DNA from: an uncultured Nitrospiraceae bacterium
GTDB lineage: Bacteria; Nitrospirota; Thermodesulfovibrionia; Thermodesulfovibrionales; Dissulfurispiraceae
DNA length: 64,000 nucleotides
Direction of reading: 5' to 3'
NCBI GenBank assembly: GCA_963705105.1
Contig: CAVPIW010000012.1
Coordinates: 64,001-128,000 of the forward strand
This document shows positions 9,639 to 17,921 of the stretch, in pieces. Numbering within the stretch: position 1 is the first letter of the stretch; each line of letters opens with the position of its first letter. The notes beneath the pieces were generated by a model. The model searched no databases and was not told the origin of the DNA. It saw nothing but the letters and a program-made list of their open reading frames with translations. The position numbers were made by a program, and so were the translations under genes.

Positions 9639-12272
9639 TCATTCGCCAAACCTGCGGTAAAACCAGGTCTTCATCAACTGAGTCAGGATCACATAACACA
9701 CTAATATGCCTGCCAGTAGCAACCAGTACAGGGGTGGAAGCGGGACAAGCCCGAGCGTGCCGGCCAGGGGCGAAACCGTCAGCCAGGCGCCCACCGCGAC
9801 GATGATTACCGAAGTGAGGATGAGTGGCCAACTGGCCCGGCTCTGGAGAAACGGGATCTTGTTGGTGCGGATGACGTGAATGATCAGCGTCTGAGTAAAG
9901 AGCGACTCAACGAACCAGCCGGTTTGGAACAGGGCCGGGTTGTGCCAGCAATTGAACACGTACAACATCATGAAGAATGTCAGGTAATCGAAGATCGAAC
10001 TGATCGGCCCGATAAACAGAATAAAACGCAGGATCCTGTCAATCTCCCACTTGCGCGGCTTGGTCAGCCAATCGGCATCCACCTGGTCGGTGGGGATAGT
10101 GGTCTGCGAGAAGTCGTAGAGGAGGTTGTTGGTCAGCACCTGGATCGGCCGCATGGGGAGGAAGGGCAGGAACGCGCTGGCCCCCACGACACTGAACATG
10201 TTGCCAAAGTTGGAGCTCGCTGCCATCTTGATGTACTTCACGATGTTGCCGAACACTCGCCGGCCTTCCAGCACGCCCTGCTCCAGTATCAGCAGGCTGT
10301 TTTCCAACAGGATGATGTCGGATGACTCCTTAGCGATGTCCACTGCGGTGTCCACCGAGATGCCTACATCGGCGGCCTTCAGGGCAGGGGCGTCGTTGAT
10401 GCCGTCGCCCATGAATCCCAACACGTGGCCCTTACTCTGGAGCGCGCGGATTATGTGTTCCTTGTGGGCCGGGGCCAGCCGGGCAAAGACGCTGGTCACG
10501 CCGGCAGCCTCGGCCAGTTCAGTTTCACTCATAGCCTCAATTTGAGAGCCGAGCAAGAGATGCTCTGCCGGGATGCCCACTTCCCTGCAGATGTAGGCGG
10601 TGATGATCTCATTATCGCCGGTCAGGATCTTGACGTCCACGTTCAGGCCGTGGAGCCGCTTCAAGGCCTCCGTAGCGGTGTCTTTGGGCGGGTCAAGGAA
10701 GGCCAGGAAACCCAGCAGGATCAGGTCCGACTCATCCTTGACCGAGTAGGTGGGCTCATCCGTCGCCCCTGGCATTTGCTTGTAGGCCAGCGCGATCACG
10801 CGGAATCCCTGACCGTTCAGGTCGTCCGCCAACTGCCGGCGTTTGGCGTCGTGCTCGGGCAGGACCTCAATGACCTCTCCCTTGACTTCCACCCGGGTGC
10901 ACAGGCCCAGCACTTCTTCGACGGCGCCCTTGCAGATCAGGGTGTTCAATCCGGTCGTGTCTTCCACGACCACCGACATGCGGCGCCTTACGAAATCGAA
11001 GGGGATCTCATCGATCTTTCGGTATTTTTCTTTCGCCTTAAGGCGTTCTTCCAGTTCCTCATGGGCGAGGATCGCCTCGTCGAGCAGGTTCTTCAGCCCG
11101 GTATGGTGATAGCTGTTAAGGTAACCGTATTGGAGCACCTTTTCGCTGGGATCGCCGTGTGCGTCCAGATGCTTTTCGAGCACGATCTTGCCCTGGGTGA
11201 TCGTGCCGGTTTTATCGGTGCACAGTACGTCCATCGCTCCGAAGTTCTGGATGGCGTTCAGGCGTTTGACGATCACTTTCATGCGCGCCATCGCCAGGGC
11301 GCCCTTGGAAAGGTTGACCGTTACGATCATGGGCAGCATCTCGGGGGTCAGTCCGACTGCCACTGCCATCGCAAACAGGAAAGCTTCCAACCAGTTGTGC
11401 TTGCTCAGTCCGTTGATAAGGAAAACCGCCGGAACCATTACGGCAATGAAACGGATCATCAGCCAGGTGAACCGGTTTACTCCTTTATCGAAGCTGGTCA
11501 ACTGACGCTGCCCGACGATGCTGGAGGCCAGCGATCCAAAGTAAGTCTTGTCTCCTGTGTGGATGACCACGGCCGTCGCGGAGCCGCTCTCCACGTTGGA
11601 GCCGAGGAAGCAGAGGTTGGGCAGATCGAGCGGGTTCTGAACGTCCGTTGGTGCAGGGTTGGCTTTGCGCTCCACGGGCAAGGATTCGCCGGTGAGCGCC
11701 GCCTGGTTCAGGAACAAGTCCTTGGCGGCGAGCACCCGTACGTCGGCGGGGACCATATCACCGGCGGCCAGCCGGATGATGTCGCCCGGCACCAGCATCT
11801 TGAGAGGTACTTCGGCTTCCTTGCCATCGCGCACCAACGTCGCCGTGTTGCTGACCATCGCTTTGAGCTTTTCAGCGGCGTTGTCGGCTCGCATCTCCTG
11901 AAAGAAACGCAACACCACGCCCAGAACCACCATCACGAAAATGACCAGTGTCGCCCGCAGGTCACCAGTCAGAAAAGAAAGCACGCCGAGGGCCGTGAGC
12001 AGGATGACCAATGGATTCTTGACATTACCCAGGAGGCGTATCAGGGCCGATTGACGCTTCTCGCGGGCAATCTCGTTCAGCCCGTACTGCTTCAAGCGCG
12101 AATCGGCTTCCGCCTGGCTCAAGCCGTCTAATTGCGATTCAAGCTCCCTCAGGACGGTCTCCGTATCGGTGCGCGCCTTTTCCAGCAATTGATCGGAAAC
12201 ATGCGCCCCGTTCCAGCCCGTGAGATTACCTGGGCGGTGAGATGGACTCATGGTGGTTGTTGGCAAAGCCAT
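9639..12272 (-). CDS. mgtA: Magnesium-translocating P-type ATPase
   Basis: TGES, PEMLP, DKTGT, DFVRRRMSV, GDGINDAP, SSNFGN, NNLLYD motifs. Confidence 0.95.
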   Translation of the reverse strand: MALPTTTMSPSHRPGNLTGWNGAHVSDQLLEKARTDTETVLRELESQLDGLSQAEADSRLKQYGLNEIAREKRQSALIRLLGNVKNPLVILLTALGVLSFLTGDLRATLVIFVMVVLGVVLRFFQEMRADNAAEKLKAMVSNTATLVRDGKEAEVPLKMLVPGDIIRLAAGDMVPADVRVLAAKDLFLNQAALTGESLPVERKANPAPTDVQNPLDLPNLCFLGSNVESGSATAVVIHTGDKTYFGSLASSIVGQRQLTSFDKGVNRFTWLMIRFIAVMVPAVFLINGLSKHNWLEAFLFAMAVAVGLTPEMLPMIVTVNLSKGALAMARMKVIVKRLNAIQNFGAMDVLCTDKTGTITQGKIVLEKHLDAHGDPSEKVLQYGYLNSYHHTGLKNLLDEAILAHEELEERLKAKEKYRKIDEIPFDFVRRRMSVVVEDTTGLNTLICKGAVEEVLGLCTRVEVKGEVIEVLPEHDAKRRQLADDLNGQGFRVIALAYKQMPGATDEPTYSVKDESDLILLGFLAFLDPPKDTATEALKRLHGLNVDVKILTGDNEIITAYICREVGIPAEHLLLGSQIEAMSETELAEAAGVTSVFARLAPAHKEHIIRALQSKGHVLGFMGDGINDAPALKAADVGISVDTAVDIAKESSDIILLENSLLILEQGVLEGRRVFGNIVKYIKMAASSNFGNMFSVVGASAFLPFLPMRPIQVLTNNLLYDFSQTTIPTDQVDADWLTKPRKWEIDRILRFILFIGPISSIFDYLTFFMMLYVFNCWHNPALFQTGWFVESLFTQTLIIHVIRTNKIPFLQSRASWPLILTSVIIVAVGAWLTVSPLAGTLGLVPLPPLYWLLLAGILVCYVILTQLMKTWFYRRFGE

Positions 12273-12468
12273 TCACACCTCTGCTGTCTACTCGACCGAG
12301 ATAATTCAACAATAATAACTATTATGGACAGCGACCAATTAATCCCTGGTCTGAGATAGGCGGAGATCACGCGCTTCCCCTCACGGAAACGGTAGCTGTC
12401 CCTGTTTTCGAAACCGTCCCTGTTTTCGAAACCCTGAAGAACAGGTGCGTCAATCGTGTCCGCCCCCA

Positions 12469-13413
12469 TCAGGGGATCACTGCCGGAATCTTTGCCGGGT
12501 CATCAAGCAGGAACTCCGGATTGATGCGGGCGTTGTGCCAGCGGATCCCGAAGAACAAATGTGGCCCGGTGGAGCGGCCTGTCGTTCCGACAAGGCCGAT
12601 TATGTCGCCTTTCTTGACCTCCTGCCCAGCGGCCACCTTGATTTCGGAAAGGTGGAAGTACATCGTGATCAGGTTGTCGCCGTGATTGATGAACACGGCA
12701 TTGCCCGGGAAGAAAAGATCCTGGGCAACCACTACTTTCCCGTCGGCAACGGCAAGAATGTGCGAACCCGGAGGTGTGGCGTAGTCAGCCCCCATGTGAG
12801 GCTGGGCGGCCGGCTTGCCATTGAAGATCCGCTTCGCGCCGAAGTCCCGTCCTTTGGGTAGCGGGTTGGCCGGCGCCCCGAGGGGCAGCGTAAACTGCGC
12901 TGGTCCTTTTGATCTTTTCCAGATTTTGGCGAGCATTTTCCCCTCTCGAGAGGCCCGTTTCAGGTCGGCCGCCGAGGGGTTGGCTTGCGGAATATCGCCG
13001 AGCTCGATCTCCTGGGTAGGGTACGAGAAGGGTTGCACGGAAATGTAAGCGGACTCGGTTCGCTTGCCGTGGCCCTTTCGAGTAACCTTGACGCGACCCG
13101 GCTTATGCAGCACATCGATGGGGTAATAGCAGGTTTCCTCCAATGCAGGCCACGTTTGCCCACCCATGCCGCAGCGGGTCGTGCCCGGGGCCGACCAACG
13201 GACGACGGTGCCCGGCTCCACCGAGAGCGTGGCTACATCCTTAGTCTCGGCCGCTGCCAGATACGGACTCGGAATCATGCAGGCGAAAACCACCCCGGCA
13301 ACACCCAGGATACAGCGAATTGAAACGACCTGCGTAAGCGAATCCCTCGCATAACCGCTGAGGATGGCTGACCAACGGAGCATCACAAGAGTCACACCGA
13401 TCATCGATACCAT
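12469..13413 (-). CDS. M23-family metallopeptidase (true start may be downstream)
   Basis: HMGAD (HxxxD), MYFHL, TGRSTGPHL. Confidence 0.85.
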   Translation of the reverse strand: MVSMIGVTLVMLRWSAILSGYARDSLTQVVSIRCILGVAGVVFACMIPSPYLAAAETKDVATLSVEPGTVVRWSAPGTTRCGMGGQTWPALEETCYYPIDVLHKPGRVKVTRKGHGKRTESAYISVQPFSYPTQEIELGDIPQANPSAADLKRASREGKMLAKIWKRSKGPAQFTLPLGAPANPLPKGRDFGAKRIFNGKPAAQPHMGADYATPPGSHILAVADGKVVVAQDLFFPGNAVFINHGDNLITMYFHLSEIKVAAGQEVKKGDIIGLVGTTGRSTGPHLFFGIRWHNARINPEFLLDDPAKIPAVIP

Positions 13414-13509
13414 ATGAACCTCCTGTTTGAATTAAATTGATAAGGCAGTTGCTTTAAGGAATGACTCCTCGCCGCATCTGCAATCCAGCCCGGCGTTGCA
13501 GTCGACTCT

Positions 13510-13902
13510 CTATTCCGTCGTTTTGCCGTCGAAATGTTCGTTGTCCTTCTCCGCTTCTGCGCGTGTATGATGAACAACGCCGTCCCGATGATTCGGCGGC
13601 GCATAAAGTGTGTAGAGCTTCAGTGGAACACTGCCGGTGTTAATGATGTTGTGATTCGTCCCCGCCGGGACGACTACCGCGAAGCCCGCGCTGATCACCG
13701 TGCGAACACCATCGAGAACGGCCTCGCCCGTGCCTTCCTCCACGCGAAAGAATTGATCGAGCTTGTGGACTTCCATCCCGATCTCCTCCTTGGGCTTCAA
13801 CGCCATGACAACGAGTTGACAGTACCCGGCCGTGTAAAGCACCCGGCGAAAATCTTCATTCCCAACGGTGATGCCCTCGATGTTTTGCACATAACCTTTC
13901 AT
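13510..13902 (-). CDS. Cupin-domain protein
   Basis: FRRVLYT, EIGMEVH..DQFFRVEEG, PAGTNHNIIN, LYTLYAPPNH; ATG at 13902 after GGAGG. Confidence 0.9.
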   Translation of the reverse strand: MKGYVQNIEGITVGNEDFRRVLYTAGYCQLVVMALKPKEEIGMEVHKLDQFFRVEEGTGEAVLDGVRTVISAGFAVVVPAGTNHNIINTGSVPLKLYTLYAPPNHRDGVVHHTRAEAEKDNEHFDGKTTE

Positions 13903-14018
13903 GACAACTCCTCCAGTCGACGACTTTAACATCGTCGTCGTTAGATTGCCTCAAAGAAGAGGCGCTTTGTTTATGACGCCCAACGCGGCGACTCTTTAGC
14001 GACGCCGGCAAAGCGACC

Positions 14019-14180
14019 TCAGGTTTTAAGGAACGTCAGCAGGTCGGCGTTGAGCTGGTCTTTATGGGTGTATGCGAGGCCGTGGGGTGCGCCCGGGTAA
14101 ATCCTTAGGGTCGCATTCTTGACCAGCTTTGATGAGCGGAGAGCCGCGGCGCCAATCGGCACGATCTGGTCGTCGTCGCC
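14019..14180 (-). pseudogene. C-terminal fragment of non-heme chloroperoxidase-like alpha/beta hydrolase
   Basis: GDDDQIVP...IYPGAPHGL...[12 protein letters not shown]-terminal part absent. Confidence 0.75.
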
Positions 14181-14208
14181 CGCTACCGTGGCGACCATCG
14201 AGTCCGCT

Positions 14209-14286
14209 TCCTGCGATGTGCAACCACAGTTCCGTGTCATGGCCTTCGCAGAACTGACCCATCGAGAGAGCCTCAGAGATATCGTC
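14209..14286 (+). mobile_element. Tiny IS4-family transposase remnant (DUF4372-like N-terminus)
   Basis: [19 protein letters not shown] matches the MAFAQLTxRESLRDI motif. Confidence 0.6.
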
Positions 14287-14298
14287 AGCCGAAACGAC

Positions 14299-14673
14299 TT
14301 AAGGCAATGGTTGCATTGTGACATCGAGGTGAACCGTCGTGGTCAACTGTGGCGTTCTTAGAATATCGGTCTGCGTGGCGAATGTGGCCAGGCTGAATGT
14401 AAAGAAGTAATCTTTACCAGCAGTCCCCGTGAAAGTCAGTTGGCCGGATGCTGAGGTAGTTCCGACGTTGGTAAATGTCCCTGTCCCGGCAGTTTCTCTT
14501 ACTTGAACGATCACCCCCGGCAGCGGCGCACCGCTGCTGTTTGTAACGGTAATGGCGACGTCACCCTGGTTCCTGATCACTTGTTCGGTGTCACCGCCGC
14601 CGCATGCACCAATCAGTAAGCAAGCGATAATAAGTAATGACCAAGTAGTTCTTATTTTTATCATGGTTTTCAT
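14299..14673 (-). CDS. Lipoprotein with carboxypeptidase-regulatory-like beta domain
   Basis: Lipobox [21 protein letters not shown]...TTSASG; AAGGAGG RBS. Confidence 0.75.
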   Translation of the reverse strand: MKTMIKIRTTWSLLIIACLLIGACGGGDTEQVIRNQGDVAITVTNSSGAPLPGVIVQVRETAGTGTFTNVGTTSASGQLTFTGTAGKDYFFTFSLATFATQTDILRTPQLTTTVHLDVTMQPLP

Positions 14674-14819
14674 AACGTCCTCCTTCGTTGCTCTGGGATG
14701 ATTAATTATTTCCATTGCGTATGGCCTTCTTTGCACTGAGCCCAGCAGCGCAAGCGGTATCGATCTTTCGCTCTTTGCGTTGCCGGCTTAGGGATCTGGT
14801 GGCGAGTAGTCCATCGTCG

Positions 14820-14999
14820 CTACTTTCCCAGAACCTTCTTGACTTGGCCGATCTTTTCCTGCGCTTTGCCGGTTATCTTTTCGGCTTTGCCTTCGGCCTC
14901 CAACTCGGGATTATCGGTGAGTTTCCCGGCCATCTCCTTGACCTTACCCTTCGCTTCGTGAAACGTGCCTTTGACTTTGTCCTTCGTGCTGGACTTCAT
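14820..14999 (-). CDS. CsbD-family protein, copy 2
   Basis: Same sequence as 1391-1570. Confidence 0.9.
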   Translation of the reverse strand: MKSSTKDKVKGTFHEAKGKVKEMAGKLTDNPELEAEGKAEKITGKAQEKIGQVKKVLGK

Positions 15000-15088
15000 G
15001 GTATTCCCCCCTTTTGGATTTCGACGTGACTGCTGCGGTCACGACAAAACAACGTCCTCCCTTTCTCTGCTTCTGTCTTTATGGGTGC

Positions 15089-15169
15089 CTAACGTCTACT
15101 CCACCAGAATCCACCACCGCCGAAGATCACAAGCAAAAGGATGACGATGAGTATTGTTTCCATGCTCAT
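15089..15169 (-). CDS. 26-aa small TM protein, copy 2
   Basis: Same sequence as 1660-1740. Confidence 0.7.
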   Translation of the reverse strand: MSMETILIVILLLVIFGGGGFWWSRR

Positions 15170-15412
15170 GGCTGCTCTCCTTTGTCTCTGAACGTTTACT
15201 CCCTACTGTACAAAGGCATAAGCTGTGCCAAGACCAGTGCTGAAAGAAAGGGTTCTCCAAGGCATTGAAATGATGGGAACTCCCAGGGAGTGCTCCGACG
15301 GGGGAATGACACTGCGGAAGGTGCCGACTTCCGATATATCAGGAGTCTCCTGATATATCAGGTATTCCTCTTGCTCCTTTGGATGCCCAGTCTTTGCATC
15401 CTCGACTCTGAG

Positions 15413-15615
15413 TCTGACATCAACCCTTCACGGACCGGGGGCAGCCCAGGCGCTCAAATTCGCCGCTCTCCGGCACGCGAAGCAGCTTGGCCCGGAGGTC
15501 CAGCGGCAGGGCGTCGATATCATCCAGAAATATCGTTGAGGTGTCTGCAAGCTCAAAGCGGCCTATTTGCTTCGACGAGGAGCCGGAAAAACGCCCCCTT
15601 CTCGCGGCCGAACAT
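15413..15615 (-). pseudogene. Remnant of sigma-54 enhancer-binding protein AAA+ domain
   Basis: Allowing two frameshifts it reads FGREKGAF/SGSSSKQIGRFELADTSTIFLDDIDALPLDLRAKLLRVPESGEFERLGCPRSVK/VDVR (GAFTGA loop and Walker B region). Confidence 0.8.
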
Positions 15616-15876
15616 TATTCTTTAGCTGCCGACTGTATTTTTTCACATTATCGAAAAAGAGAGGATGAGTCAAGAAAAAAGGCAGGTTTTGAGGCTTAAG
15701 CAGCCGTCTTATATTACCGAAAAGGTATGTTATGCGGTCACTTCATAATAACAAGAATCTATTATTCCAGAACATTCCGTCCTTACGTCCACTCATTCCG
15801 ATGGAACTATGCACCATCGAGAGTCCGTCATCCAGTGCGGCACTCTCGGAAGAAGTCGGTGGAAATACGCCTGTCG

Positions 15877-17701
15877 CTATCGCGGCGGGCGGCGCGCCTC
15901 GCCGAACCAGGGGCGATATTCTTCCATGCGTCGGCGCTGTTCGGCCGGGGCACTGCGGACGCAGGTGGCAAATTCCGGCGTGCCGGGCACGGCGCCCCAG
16001 CGGCGTTCCACGCAGTCGTTGGGATTGTAAGCGATTTCCAGTCCGGACCGTCGCTCGTAGATTTCGCCCAGGCTCAGGCGCCAGGGGCTGCCGTCGCTGC
16101 GGGCGTAGGTGATGAAACGGTCCTTGAGGCGCTCCCCGTGGAGCTTTTCGACGAGCGCCGCTGCTGCTTCCGGGTTTTCGCCGTTCAGCAGGTAGAGCTC
16201 CGGATAGCGGCGGATACGCTCTGGGACGCCGGCCAGCACCTTCAGGGCGATCAGGATGCGCATGTCCCGCGAGGGAGTGGCGTAGTCCTCCCACGGACCG
16301 GAGGTCTCGAAGATAGCCGGTCCGCGCGGCATCGGCACGACCGTCCCGGCATGGGCGCGCACGTAACTCTCACCGTTGTCCACGGAGCGTACCCGCGTTT
16401 TCAGCTGTTCCATCAGCGCCTCCAAGGCAGCGGAATAGGCGGCTTCAGGGTCCAGCCCGTGCGGGTTGATGAGGCTCTCCACGCGGGCGTAGAAGGCTTC
16501 GGGCGTGAGGTCTGCCTGCTCGGTCGAATAAAGGGGATGCCCGGAGCCCTCGGCAAAGGCGCTGTTGGGCGCGGGGCGCCAGACTCTCCTGGCACCGTCG
16601 TAGAGCGGCACGCGGTAGGCCTTGAAGCCGGGGCCGGCGCTCGGGGTCCGGGCGAAGAGGAAGGTCCCTTCCCAAAAGCGCTTGCGGGCGACCGAGTTGT
16701 CGGGCTGGGCATCGACGGCGAGCAGCAGGCCGGTGCGCCTGTCAGTCTGCGGCACCCACTTGACGATGATGAGAGTGTGGCCGTAGGGGTCGGCGTAGAC
16801 GGTGCCGGGCCACAGGGAGGTCCGATCCAGCGCGACCGGGTAGAAGTCGCCGGCCTCGTCGCTCAGCGCCATGCGGCCGCCGCCCGAGTTCACCAGCTCC
16901 ATAAATCGTTGACTGACCTGTCGGAAGGTGGACTGGGCGGCGAAAGTACCGACAAAGCTGCGGTCGATCTCCGCAGCATCGCAGCGCGGCGCGCTGGTCG
17001 GGCTCCCGCGGTTACAGGCTCGATAGCTGACTGGCAGACCCAGTTTCCAGGCAAAGTAGCCGCGCAGGAAATAAGAGAGGTCGGCGCAGTCGGGCTCGGC
17101 GGGTAATCGGGTGTCTTCCCCTTTGCGCAGAAAATCGTACAGGAAGTTGCGGTGCCGATCGCGCAGCACCGGTTCGAGAGACGGGAAATTCAACGCTGCC
17201 TCGGGCGGAGCGTCGAAGAGGTGTTCCACCCAGACCGCATAGAGCGCCTGGGTGGCCGGGTCCCACTTGCCGCTGCCGCGCTCGCCCGGTCTGCCGCCGA
17301 CATCGACCTCGCTGCATGCCGTCACCCGTCCTGCCCGTTGCGCCTCGACGCGGTAGCGACCGGCTGCCGGTGCGGCAAGTGACGGCCCGCAGGCTCCACG
17401 GCGGGCCGCCGCCTTTGACGGCTTGCAGTCCGCTGCGGCGCCCCTCAGGGTCGGTGACCAGCAGTCCGGACAACTCACCGTCGGTGGCCACCGCCACGAT
17501 CTCCAGCTTCTCCCCTGGCCGCGCGACCAGAGGTGCGCTCCAGATCCGGACAGCATCCCCCTGGCCGCAGGTGGACGAAGCCCAAACGCCGTCGGCAAGC
17601 GCCAAAACCAACAGCAAAAGTATCACCGATGCGATCGCGCCGTTGCGTCCGGCGATCTCAGCAATAGTTCTCAGAGCGGGGACAGTCGGCGGCATCAGCA
17701 A
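15877..17701 (-). CDS. Secreted hypothetical protein with DCAD...GH motifs, frameshifted near 17385
   Basis: Signal peptide in ORF 17012-17701; body in ORF 15877-17598 (PDCADLSYFLRGYFAWKLGLP, PGTVYADPYGH). Confidence 0.65.
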
Positions 17702-17921
17702 TTCATTCCCTCCGGGCAGGCGCTCAAACGTCTGTGGTGGATGAGGAGCGGCGGCATTTTGCTTCTACCCTCATCCAAATAATACCAGAGATCCCGTCTT
17801 TTATAACTCGTGTCTTTTTACAACTTTCTGCAATAGCAATCAGAGCTATGTAATGGTAAACTCTAAGGTAGAAGTCATTAACGCTCAAACCATGTCGAAC
17901 GTATCAGGAAGGAGGCAGGTT

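Larger units (their letters stand above)
14820..15492. repeat. ~670 bp direct duplication, copy 2
   Basis: Matches 1391-2063; includes sigma-54 motif 15216-15230 and palindrome 15333-15359. Confidence 0.95.

Noticed and set aside
10425..12131. 568-aa plus-strand ORF
   Set aside because: Antisense shadow of mgtA, expected with high GC3 codon bias
14733..14795. Hairpin resembling attC or a riboswitch upstream of the lipoprotein gene
   Set aside because: No AAC/GTT core boxes and no recognisable riboswitch consensus
15727..17106. 459-aa plus-strand ORF
   Set aside because: Shadow of the minus-strand secreted protein
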